From Bigelowiella natans CCMP2755 (Eukaryota > Protista > Cercozoa), in contig ADNK01001192.1 of the NCBI GenBank assembly GCA_000320545.1, positions 1 to 44,153 of the forward strand: DNA of 44,153 bases. Direction: 5' to 3'. Position numbers and translations under genes: made by a program. Shown in pieces: positions 11,073 to 23,508 of the stretch. A model generated the notes under the pieces. It saw only the letters and a program-made list of their open reading frames with translations. It had not been told where the DNA came from and searched no databases. Every line of letters starts with the position of its first letter. Within the stretch, counting starts at the first letter, position 1.

Positions 11073-11923
11073 GGTACAGTGTACGCGGAAATGTATAAAT
11101 GAATCGCTTATGAAGGTTGCGATTGGACTCGGGTTCGGTCTCGGAGTGCTAATCGTACGGAGCTTCAAATTCACACTTTATATTATTTGAGCGACACAAT
11201 AATTTGAAATATTTGACCGAAGACTTCTTCGTTCCTTATGAGAGAATCCCATTGTTAGATGATGATGAAGAAGACTAATCTCTTGTGATCTTTGCCAGTA
11301 GTGTGGCATGAAAAGCTTCCATGAGACTAATGTCATTGGCAAATAGTTTGATGTCGTTTTTGGTGTTGATTTCAAGATCCCAGCTTTGGCCACATACCTT
11401 ATGTGTGTGTGCGTGTGTGTGTGTGTGTGTGCTAGAGGCATTGATATGTTCTTTCGCTCTCCCCTCCCCTAAACTAGATGCTAGGAGTCGAAACACTTAG
11501 CGAGGATGATGATGACGATGAAGAAGAATCTGGAAGTATAAAACGTGATATTGATGATGACGATGATAATTATAACGGTGGAAACAGTTAGATAACGTTC
11601 TACTTCTATATTGAAAACAAGCGATATATTTCCAGATGATGATGAGGAGGAGGGGAAAAGGCCGTATCTCGAGGGGAACACCACCACCATCTCCGGCAGC
11701 AGCAGCAGCAGCAAGGGCAGCAACATGCCTTTGAAAGATTATGGATCTCTCTCTTCAGCATCTGCCCACCCCCCTAATGCAGCAGTAGAGGATAGAAGGG
11801 CGCTTCCCATTGCGCGTATTATTGCCATTGAAATTGGTAGTCGTTGTAGTTGAAATCTCACGCTTGTATTCAACCCTTTATATAGAGACACCCACGCATA
11901 CACGCACACACACACACATACAG

Positions 11924-11969
<46 letters not shown>

Positions 11970-12701
11970 GGGGGGAGGGCGTGGAGGGTACATACCGAAG
12001 TAATGAAATGTGTTTGTCTTGCTTAGCGTGCTATCGGAGTATACATCTCACTAAGTTGTTATTATAACGGAGTCGTCAAATAGCTTGCCAATGCTGCATT
12101 TGCTGTTTCATCACGCAGATTCCTTTCTCGACGGTTTTCTCCTTGGCCTTTCCGCCGGGTACATGCTGCGGACACCCCCTCTCCCCACACTCTTGTCATA
12201 CTCCTTTCTTTTCTTCTTCTTCTTCTTCTTCTTCTTCTTCTTCTTCTTCTTCTTTACAGGGTAGGCTCAGAGACTGCAACGTTTGTAATGGCACTGGCAA
12301 TATCGGTGGAGATGGTAAGAACAGAACATCAAATATGTGTTTTGCATTTGTGTAAACATAGCATGTTTTGTGTCTTTGTGGGGTCTTCTTTTGTAGGGCT
12401 TCGTTGGAGTGACGTACGGTAGCAGCTTCCACCAAGTGTCGCTGAGGCGATCCATCTCTCCTCTGGGTAGTGCTTGAGATCTTACAGGAATTGTATTCTT
12501 ATAATAATGACGATGATGATGAGGATCATACCCAAATGCTGATATATTAGTAAATATATATATTACAGTGGCTGCTCCCTTGACGCTCTTCGGCGGAACA
12601 TTGATCGGATATTTGACCTCCAATTCTGTTTTCACATTCCCTCTATTTTATGTTGGTACTAATGATACACACATAGCTTACACGCACACGATATATTTTC
12701 T

Positions 12702-12739
<38 letters not shown>

Positions 12740-12769
12740 CACCTCTCTCCTCCCCTCTCTGTTTATCTA

Positions 12770-12806
<37 letters not shown>

Positions 12807-12966
12807 TCATCTGACTCCGCCCAACTTGAAAAACCTGTGCAGGGTTACTATCGTTCGGCTCTGCAGCGCTGCTGTATTTGGTCTGCGAGGATCTTCTCAT
12901 CGAGGCAATTATCATTACATTCCTTCTTAAACTACTAGCGTTTGTGCTGCTATGTGGACAGGAATT

Positions 12967-13003
<37 letters not shown>

Positions 13004-13585
13004 TGTGGGGAATAGCATTTCTACATTTTCCTCATGATTCAATATATTTATGAGCCTGCCTGGACTTCTCCCCCCCCTCCTCCTACCACTACCGTCATCA
13101 GGCGCATAATGCTGGAGAGGAACGAGTGAGAGAAGTCCTGAAGGAACATGCCACAAAAGGTACGACACGCCAGCAGAACGATGGGAATTTTGACAACATA
13201 AATTGAATTTTACTTATTGAAATTGTGTGCAACCAACACACACACATCTTACCTGTATAGATACCGTATACGTATTGCATGGGTGTCGTTGAGCTTCGCG
13301 TATCGCCATTCGTTTAAGTATCATTTCCTTATATCATTTGCAGGAACATCCTCGGACGAGTGTCTCGCAAAGATAAAAGCTGCCGTTACAGTACAGGAAC
13401 GATGGTAAAAACTACGATGTGTGTTGTATATATATATATTAGATCAGGATGATGTGCTATTCATTTTTAGTATCCAGTCATGTATATGCGAGCTTCAGAG
13501 CACATCATCTTTGCAAAATAATAACAAAAGGTTTGAGGACATCTGGTTCTTCGTCGGATTCTTAATAGCCCTTTTAACTGGATAA
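9926..13585 (+). CDS. ZIP-family (ZupT/GufA-like) divalent metal transporter, 15 exons
   Basis: Exons 9926-10154, 10254-10315, 10654-10727, 10914-10974, 11116-11154, 11478-11577 (or 11586), 11636-11836, 12119-12158, 12260-12314, 12397-12466, 12569-12655, 12843-12904, 13102-13159, 13344-13404 and 13531-13585 join in frame. Motifs: MQHFAAGVLLSAISTELLP, GFGLGVLIM, IEIDSFLDGFLLG, ALAISVEMGFVG, LLSFGSAALLYLVCEDLLIEAH, WFFVGFLIALL*. Confidence 0.92.
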
Positions 13586-13999
13586 TGATGAAAAGCATAG
13601 CATAATTTATGCACCGAAACTTGAGCACATTGTAGCAAATATACACGCGTACGTCGGTTTCTTGGCTCGATCACGCTCAGAAGGGCAAAAAGCGCGTATT
13701 TAATCTCATTTTAATCATGCAGCGCAGACGAGCAGTAATAAATACTATGCTTTAGGATGCTACAAATGCCAAATCAGATGGGCTTGCTTAGTAGCATGAT
13801 ATTCGCTAGTATGGCCTAATTAGCCGAATGCTCATCGCTTGCCGCTCGGTCTCAATACGTATTAACACAAAGCAAGCTAGTACTCGTGCTATTCTATTAT
13901 GATATAAGTTGAACGATAAACCGCCATCTATGATATCATTTGTTATCAGCGCGCACATATGCTATAGCCTCCTTAGCAGCCTCTTCTTCCGATTCATGT

Positions 14000-14800
14000 C
14001 ACTTATACCGATTCAAAAATGACGCGGCACTATGCGGATCAGTAAGAAGATCCCAGTCACCACTGCCCTCCAGTAATGCTTGGACACTAGAAAAATGAAA
14101 GATATCTTGTCATTGCAGTCGTGAAATGTATTGTCCTCAAGCGCATCAAAATCGAAACCGTTGAAAAATAAACGTACGGTCTTCTGTGTTTATCTGAGCA
14201 CCCAAGCTAGCGCTCTACCCCTTACCCAACCCCACCCACTTACTCACCTACCCCCCCCCCCCCCCCTCCTCTCTCTCCGCGCGGACGCGCGCGCGCGTGT
14301 GTGTTCTTTTCTGCACTGTTCACACCCTTTATCCTTCAGCGTATGTGGCAAATGCAAAGACTTCCCGCCCCCCGAAGATGTCTGATTTTCTTGCAAGAAA
14401 GTTCTCGACATTTCCAGCATTCCCTTGCGAAGCATCGCCGCTCCAAATCCCTTGTGGTTCTTGCCCAACTGACGCAGCAGCGATATCATCGTTGCAGACT
14501 TGTCTGTTTTCGTAATCATCGGTGTGTGTACTGTGTTATCTGCTGGCATTCAAATGTACACATGTATACTCATCAAAATAGAGAACAGACGCACGCGTAC
14601 GACAAACATGCAAACTATCACGCCGATGAAGACTCTGCTTTCATTTCCGGGTTGTCATCGTTTTTTGAAGGGTAAATACGGATTTCGCGCCATATCTAGC
14701 AGTATCTGACCGTTTTCCGTCTTCGACTCAGAAAGGATCTTTAGCTGTGTAACACCACCACCACCATCGTCATCATTATCATCATCGTTGTCATCGTCAC

Positions 14801-14833
<33 letters not shown>

Positions 14834-14924
14834 TACCATCATCTTAGTCAAGATGTGTAGATCCGATGGCGACGCGCACAGCACTCGCGTAGCAACTCTA
14901 CGTGGAAAACAGATCTGATGAGAG

Positions 14925-14966
<42 letters not shown>

Positions 14967-15845
14967 ACCAATATGCGCGTTGGTGTGCTCATCAGACTAT
15001 AACGACGATGATGACAACAACGCATTGTTACTTCTACTGCTGCTGCTACTACTATTGCTACGACGACGACTACTACTACTACTACTACTACTACTTAGTA
15101 CTCTTACGACTTTCTCGCTTGCCAGCTGACGTCCTCATTACTGTCGTTCATGGAGAGGGCCAGCGTCTGCTCATTGAGGCGGTGTTGCGCAGAAATGAGG
15201 GTAGGTATCATCATCAGCATTATTCGAAACTGCACGCAGCGAGTATTCATTACATAAGCAGCCATCTGCTGCTTTAGGGACTCGGCTTAACTCGCAAAGA
15301 CACGATGAAAAGCGCTACACATCAACCCCATCCCGGGCATCATCAGCCAACAAAAAGGGCCATATGACACAATTCTAACGAGAGTAAGCCATGTTCTCAG
15401 AGGGGGGGGGAGGAGGAGGATAGGTGTGCTTAGGTCACAGCAATTACTACCTCAATCTGCTTTCGATCCAGTCTGAGAGAGCTGCACACGCGGAAAAGCT
15501 CTGTGAGGCTTTCCAATCGCACCTTCGGGGGGAAGGGGGGGGGGGGGGGGGTGCAGCCCCAGGAGGAAAATGAGGGCGGGGAGGAGGAGGAGGGAAGCGT
15601 GAAGGAAAATAAACGAGATGGACGGGGGGGAGAAAACAAACAATTCTTGTATCACATCTTCATGTCCGTGGATCTCATTGATGCTCTTGCTGACGTTGCA
15701 AATGCTGATAGCGAAGTTCCTTAGTACTACTACTACTACTACTGCTACTTCTACCACTGCTGCTACCTGAGGACTCGGGTCAAGAACTAGGTCGAACATC
15801 ACACTAAGGATGATGGTTAATACACCATTACGATATTATATTCAT

Positions 15846-15890
<45 letters not shown>

Positions 15891-16374
15891 TTCCAGCTCA
15901 AATAGTACAGAGAATGTAATGAGTTTGTAAAAGACAAGAAAGGTCCTAGCATCGACCTTCCCCCCTGTTTAAGGATCTCCATTTTGACTTCCGCCATTGC
16001 GTAAACCTAGTATGTGTGTAATTCATTCATATGTTAGGTAGGTGATTATCCGTTTGCGCTTCTATTCTGCCCCCCCCACCCCTTCCTGACCAAGCATACA
16101 CATATTCACATCTATGCTGCCATACTCAAACGATGATGCCCATGCAATCAGTAACTGTGTATCCGAAGTCAAACAGGTATTTATGCAGACAAAACTACCT
16201 TTGTTAGTGACGTTTTTTGCTGACTTCTTTCCAGCAGACCTCTCGTCGTAGTAGTAGTGCTCACAGTATCATCGGAGGTGGAGGAAGAGGAGGACGAGGC
16301 TGAAGACGCAAAAGATCCTAATATGATGATGATGATGATGATGATGACGATATGCGTTTTATCTAATTTTTGCT

Positions 16375-16451
<77 letters not shown>

Positions 16452-16660
16452 TAGCAAAAATTAGATAAAACGCATATCGTCATCATCATCATCATCATCA
16501 TCATCATGGTACTACAGAGGTAGCGGATGCAAATGACGTTCCTTTGCATTTGTTAAAACCAAAAGCAGGGGCAGCAAAGAAGCAAGTAGGCATACTGCTA
16601 CTACTGCTACTACTACTACTACTACTACTACTACTTGTACACCGCGCACATACAAACACA

Positions 16661-16716
<56 letters not shown>

Positions 16717-17188
16717 ATCACCCAGTGTCTTGACCGCGGCTCTTCGAACACCACTCATCTCATCCTCCCAAGCTATTTGGATTCGGAAGGAGGTGACAGT
16801 AGAGCAGCGCCCCAATAACATCATCATCAGCAGCAGCAGCAGCGCCATAACAAATCACCAAATTAAGAATGGAAAACAAAAAAAGAGAAAGAAAGAAAGG
16901 AGAAGATGTTGTTCGTCATGCTCTTGGGCATGGTTGTGAGTGGGATTTGTTCTGTAGTAGAAAATTGAACGAAGTGAATCAAAGGAAGGCTCGCAGCAGC
17001 TACGTTACGCTACCGTGTCTCAGAGCTCCAGCCCACAACAAACGCGACACTCCGGTGTCCACAAACGACGAGGAATTACCTACTTAAAAAGTGCTGTTAT
17101 CATCATCCTTCGACCTCTCCCCTAATGTCTCATTGTTTTAGGCTCACAACACACACAAGCACATAGGAACGCATACCAAACACGAATA

Positions 17189-17231
<43 letters not shown>

Positions 17232-17521
17232 ACGCAAATACCCGAAGATCTATTGGAGGCCTTAAACTTGGTATCATCACCATCATGACCACCACCACCA
17301 CCACTACCACGACTGTTTCTGTTGCTCGGATTCTTGCTGAAAGACTGGAGAGAGAACGTCGCAACAATCAAACCATCAAGGCAAAGGAGAGAAGGAATTT
17401 TATTAGTTGTGTTTTGGTGGTAACAGCGCCACTACAACACGCTCGTCTTGTGATATAGAGAGGATACTTACTTGTAGGATATAGGACGGCGAAGCAAAGA
17501 CAAGATGGCCTAGGTTTTCCC

Positions 17522-17559
<38 letters not shown>

Positions 17560-17775
17560 CATCATCATCAAGAGCAACAACACGACAACAACTCAATGGT
17601 AGGAACATGATCTGTTTCATAGGGTAACAAGAATGGCGGATACGCAGTGTCGTTGTATGCGAAGGGGCGGCGGGTCTTCGATAAGACCTAATTGCTCTGT
17701 CGCTGTTCTCCGAACGAAAGCATTCGAATCGTTTACTCCCCTAGGTACGTTAAAAATAAGATACCAAAACACATT

Positions 17776-17813
<38 letters not shown>

Positions 17814-17987
17814 CCGCACACCGCAACGTTTTCCATGCAGAAATAGTCAAAACTCACAAACAGCGCAGAGTAATGCAAAGACCTGCACACGCGAGAGAAG
17901 ACGTTGTCCGCTACAAGCTCTTCCCTCCACGCCTTCGAAACACAGTAGCAGCAGCAGCAGCAGCAACATTAGTATAAGACGATGGCT

Positions 17988-18032
<45 letters not shown>

Positions 18033-21000
18033 GATATCGTACTTGATGACTGGGCTCATCAACACATGCGTTCTACCTGCTTTTTCGAAGCTGAAGCTTC
18101 TTGAGAAGGAAGCTTATGGCAAATGACAGCAGCCCTTCTGCCGCTAGCCTGCAGTCGAATTGCGATCTAATCGGCGCACCATGAAATATCCTCAACATGT
18201 TGTGAATATCATCGGTGAAATTGCTCGGAGCGAAAAATCTGAAATGAATACGGAAAAAATCGATGTTCTCTCGAAAGTGTTTTGCCATCCCGTTTCCCCT
18301 CTTCCATTTCTCGACGATGAGGGACATACCTCCGTAATGAGAGTTAGAGCCGCCATTCTCACTCTGAGTCATCACCACAGCGCACGCGACAAGAGTAAAT
18401 ATAATTCAGAGAATTGCTTGCTTATTTGAGCTGGTCTCCCCCTCCCCCCTCTCCTCTCCTCTCTCCCTCCTTCTTCTCTCGCACGCGCTCTCTCCCTTCC
18501 CTCTGAATTGCTTCATATTCATCCACTGACTTTCACCATCACCATAATCATCATCATCATCATAATCATCATCATCATCAATGCATAGTGAGCGGTATAA
18601 GCAGTCTCTACCATTCTCACTCTACGTGGATAGATGCATACATGTGAGGAATCTAGCACAAGCAGTACGACAGTTACCCTGGTTCACTCTCGGAGTGCTC
18701 CATAGTTCTTGGGACTATTCTCTGATACATTCCGATCAGCATCGAAGATGTGGCAGCATCTACCGCAATAGCAATGACAGAGCAGGGATAGATACCGTCA
18801 CTTTTCTTGCCAACTCTTATTGGATGTTTGTGAGTGGGGGGGAGGAAGCAGGGGGGTGGGTGGTGTGAAGGGTGCTTAATATATTTGTCCATTTCTATCA
18901 TGGATATTCGCCTATTGCTACTCTCAATTTATCGTCCTCGCCCCCCCCTCCCGCTTCTTCTGCTTCCATTCGATGCAGGAACGACTACTACGATGTAATA
19001 TGGACTACCTCCACTCGTGCTGACATACTCCCTTATCACTGCGACACTCGCTCTAATTACGTTGGCAAGGGTATGAGGAGAGGGGAAGGGAAAGCACTCA
19101 TGCACGCACGCACAAGCGTGTGGCTTTTTGGCTTGTAGTAGTACTATTCTCTGTTATTTCCACTACTGCTATTCCTCTTACCTTCGCACTATCGAGTGGG
19201 GGTCCTCCATCAGCCTCATGGCAATATCGATCGAAGACGAAAGAGCTACGTTGTTGTGGCTTTTCATGTTGGATTGCGAGGCAGGAAGCGACGAGGGAGA
19301 GGACGATGGGGAAGAAACAGGGGCGGGGGAGGAAGATTTCTCGGCGGCGCCATTGTTACCATGCACATTGCTCGATGATCGATGCTTTAAAATGAGACGG
19401 CCGATGTTGGTCTTCAGCAGTGCGTATCTGGCCAGGAGCCGTAGCGCAGTAGCACGCATACGAGCGCTGGAATGACTCAGCCCTGTTGGAACCTATGGGG
19501 ATGGATTGGGGGGCAGAGAGGACGATGTACATTAGAGCATTGGTTCATATATTTGTAAGTCGGTACTGTGTGAAAGCTCCTCCCCCCCAAAGGATGACCA
19601 AGTCGAGAAAGAAGAATCAAGACACGAAAGTTTCAGGTTAGCACCTCCTTCGCACCTCTACTCAAATAGTTGCTACATCTCTATCTGCTTTCAATAGATA
19701 ATATTAGGGTGTCGCTACTACCATTCTTCGCACGATAATATCAGAAAAGTCGTCGTCAGTCACAAATGAGCAGGAAGTGATAAAGGAGGAGAATAACGTG
19801 CTGATCAGATCCTCCACTTTCTCAACCACCAACAGCTGCCTCGACCGCTCCAAAATTCTTTCGATAACACGCAAGAAGGCTGTCAAAACGGCCGTTAGAA
19901 TTCTCGTCGTCGTCGTAGGCGCAACTAAGTATTGGTGCCGATCGGAGCATGTGGAGAATGCATCCGCTAAAGCTACAAGTAAGGCCTTTGTTCTGGTTCG
20001 ATTGTCACCGGCAGCGTTGTCGTCGTCTGTTGGTGAGGAAGTGCGTTCTCATCAGTACGCACAGCCGTTGCTCGATACGCACATGTGGCCATCATCGCCG
20101 TAGTTGTTCGGTGTTGGTATTGTAATTTGGTTGTTGTAGTAGTAGTAGTAGTTGTTGTAGTAGTAGTGGTAGTATTGTGTGCTAATTGTGTCATTCAGGT
20201 GGTTCATTTCGAGCAAGACAAGCAGGCGATGTGGGATGCAAATCCTAATCCTCTTTCCCTACTTCTTTTGTTTCTCCTCTTTCTCAAGCATTGGGCAAGA
20301 CGGAAAACGCCATATGAGGCTGTTCCAACCCCCCTCTACTACCCAAATACCCCAACATGCGCTGCATCATCACACAACACAGCCATGGAAACCACCTGAT
20401 AGTAACACAGCAACTCTAGCAGCTATAAAAATTCCCTCTTCGCTTATTGTCCCCGACAAAGACGCTACACATTCCTCCTCCATCTCCTCGTCATCCTCGT
20501 CGTCGCTGAGCCGGCCACAGCCTTGGCGAAGATAAGCTATGAGCATCCGCACCCACAAGTCCAGCTAAAGACATATGGGTGATGACGATCATCATCAGAG
20601 AGAAGAGAGGTGTGAAGATGTTAAAGAATGTTGTGACAAAAAGTCGTTCTATGTAATTTTCATTCTCCCAGAATGTATCATCCCTTTGGAGAAGTTTTGT
20701 ACTGACTTTGTCCGAGGTGATGGTTTCCCTCCTTGCTGCACCGTCCATCTGTTCCCAATCGTCGTCGAGTTGCGATGGTAAAAACTGTGCGATTGCGTGA
20801 ATGTCCTCCTCAGAAGGAGGAGGGAACTCTTTCCGGTCCTTAACAACACGGCCACGTTGTCTGCATTGAATTTTAGTAGTGTGAGGAATGGGGTACGGAT
20901 GGGATGGGAGAGGAGTTAGAAATAAGGTAGAGGTAGGAAAACTTATGAGTAATAATGTGAGTCATTGAAACACCCAGAATTATTCCTCATGCATCATGTA

Positions 21001-22524
21001 CAGAACACATAACACACATGCATATAAACAAGTAAATAAATAAGTGTGTGTGATTATTGTGGATTATTGTGGCCGTGGTATTGCCGTGACCTGATATTTG
21101 TTATGTCTAATGCGGCATTCTTGGAATAATTTTCTCCCTCTCCCCGCCCATAATCATTCTTTTTATCATTGTCATTATCGTCATCCACTGTCATTGGAGC
21201 TTTGGTGCGTGACCTAGCATCTTCTCTGACAGTATCAGCTCTGTCCTCACGAAAGGTTGTCTTCTCTCCCTTTGCAGCTAGCGTTCAGTCGACACGCAAA
21301 TATACCACATCAACAATACGCGACAAAGGTGCACCAATTAGGTAGATTCTTACTCGCAAAGCAATGGATACATTTGAAGAAAAGGTCAAGTAAGAGGAGC
21401 GAGAGAGGGAGGGGGAGAGAGAGAGAGCGTCCAATACCATCATTTGCCGGCCCTGCCTTATCAAGGGTCATGGAGGTTTTGTCATCAGTTTGAAGCCTCC
21501 TGGAGTAAAAACGTAACGAGGAAGGAGTCTCAGGTCAGAATATGAATTCCGCAGTGCGAGCAGATACTGACACATTTGTTGATCTTTCTCGATTTTGCGC
21601 GAAAGGTTGCCATCACACCTTCGTTTGTTGAGGTTTACGATTGGCGATCCTTCGCTTGGCATTATTTAAGGCCCAGAATCGCCGTTGAAGGCTTTTGTTC
21701 GCTCGCCGTGTTGCGAGGGAGGGAGCAACCCTTATCTCTCGTTCGTTCGGATGTGAGCACCTCAGTTCGATGATGTTTGGAAAGGAAAATTTCGTATAAT
21801 TAAGGTGTTTCATTCCAAAATCGGATATGCGTTCGTACCAATTACGGAAATCAATCTCGTGCATCTTGTCGCAAGTGTTGATGGACAAATAATCTAAGAA
21901 TAATTTTGACCAGTTTTGCACAATGAATCAAGCTAGACTAGAATGATGCATGACCTTTTGTCGCAGTACAAGAAGAGGGCCGTTTTGATCCATCTTCTGC
22001 TTGGACCCGAGGACAAAAATACAGGTCGTTTGCTGGGCTTTTTTTCTTCCTTCTGCGGACCGAGGCGGGAACGGCGATGCCTGACTGGAGATTTCGGCTA
22101 CACTACATTAACGTATGGAGAAGGAGAATGTCGATCGGAAGCGCCAAATAGAGCTGCTGGGTCACTGGGAAATTGGACTTTGTGTGTCGCCGGTTATTTC
22201 GGAGGCTATACTGTACTTACGCTTGACATTTATAACAATGATTCGGTGAAATTTGAATGTTGGGAGGGTTCTATGGGTGCAAGCACTTACTTCGAGGTTT
22301 GAGGTATGTTTACAGTACAAGCCCACCGGTATACCCCGTAGATATGTTCCAGATATCTAGCACTCTCCCTCAATGAGAGATGTCAACTTCTATGTCATCT
22401 TTGGTGATGCAGTTTTGCGTGATATGGTGAGATCAGATGGAAGGAAGCTTATTCAACTACGTCGAAAAGGTACGTTTCCTTCGCTTTCGTAGAACAAATG
22501 TTGAGCACAACTCACCCCCATCAT
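14000..22524 (-). CDS. INTS4: Integrator complex subunit 4 homologue (HEAT repeats); both ends approximate
   Basis: Spliced segments AGALRH|AWEDEMSGVRRAAVKTLG (17090-16722), MFDLVLDPSPQ|VRLESLTELFRVCSSLRLDRKQIEVVIAV (15800-15435), SMNDSNEDVSWQARK, and ISLLRQLGKNH (~14470) are collinear with INTS4 as I recall it (GAFVHGLEDEMYEVRIAAVEAL, DMFNDEIEEVRLQSI, LREDQLDTVL, KCLKFLGSRH). An upstream HEAT-like segment DIAMRLMEDPHSIVRR lies at ~19200. Candidate first exon ATG ATG GGG|gtgagt at 22516-22524. Confidence 0.8.
16323..16507. repeat. ~185-bp near-perfect palindrome (inverted repeat) inside an INTS4 intron
   Basis: (ATG)n-acgatatgcgttttatctaatttttgct-(CA)n-(TA)n-(TG)n-tagcaaaaattagataaaacgcatatcgt-(CAT)n. 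The 28-bp unique arms are exact reverse complements, with one mismatch at the junction with the CA/TG run. Confidence 0.95.
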
Positions 22525-22719
22525 GTTGGTTGCATATTGATTGCTTTTTATGATTTACTTAAAGTTCAAAAATCTTTGAAAACAATAACTATGCTCATTA
22601 GATAACTTGATGTGCAAGTCACGACAACGAATGGCTAGATAATATCTCACCTTCGATACTTAATCTGAAAAGAAACTGAAGAATGGTGGCGAAGATGAAC
22701 TAGATCCCGCTAATGCTAG

Positions 22720-23260
22720 ATTGGACCATCGTAGTAGCGGAAAACCAGCTCGAGAGAGTTTTCCTCAACCACAAAGAGCCTATCACAACTACAAATCCAT
22801 CACATTTACTAGTTTAATTGGATGCATTGTTGCTACCAACATTGATCCATTGCATGATGTCGAGATGTGCGACGAATAAAGTCTTTATAATTCTGGAATT
22901 CGGCATGACATAGCCGCGCATGCCATGCATTGTAAAAACAATTTTCTCGTGCAATGCTGTTACTAACTAAGCTAGCTAGCTAGTAGCTCAACATGCTACG
23001 TATGATGAAACGTATCCCATTCATACCGTGTTTGACGCATGCGCAGCAGCCTAGCAGCTTGAGGCATTGAGGCGCATGATTGCCATCCATCGGCAAGCAT
23101 GCATTTATTGCGATATGCATCGTGTCCATTCGAGGTTGTGGAATGTCTAGCTAGATGTGTGCTGCTAATGATCATGTAGCAAAATTGGAAGTCATGCCGC
23201 ACGTGTGGACCATTGCTCAAACGCAAATATAAAAATGCTGCACATTACATCATCCACACA
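22720..23260. promoter_or_regulatory. Intergenic spacer between divergently oriented INTS4 (-) and hypothetical (+) genes
   Basis: Same GCTAGC/CATG-rich composition (e.g. gctagctagctagtagc at ~22971), lying between two inferred 5' ends. Confidence 0.4.
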
Positions 23261-23378
23261 ATTATGTTCATCTGATGTATGAGCAATGGTCTCTGGAGCA
23301 TAAATGCCATTATTTCTGGAGTTTTTCTTAGTTCACACGATTTGGAATCGCGCAATTGGATTTTCATTAAGGAATTCC

Positions 23379-23462
23379 ATGAAACGGTCGCGTAGTCCAC
23401 AGATGAAGCCAAGCGCGAAACCTGAAGATCAATTTGTTTCTTCCCGTTTGTTTCCACACTGA

Positions 23463-23508
<46 letters not shown>

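Noticed and set aside
11200-11400. Protein-like text in ZIP intron 5 (EDFFVPYERIPLLDDDEED* on +; WDLEINTKNDIKLF on -)
   Set aside because: Not phase-compatible with the ZIP exons, and no supporting gene structure on the minus strand.
15529-15551. Long poly-G/C runs as functional G-quadruplex elements (also 3363, 7960, 11959)
   Set aside because: Common intronic homopolymers on either strand, with no positional pattern I could support.
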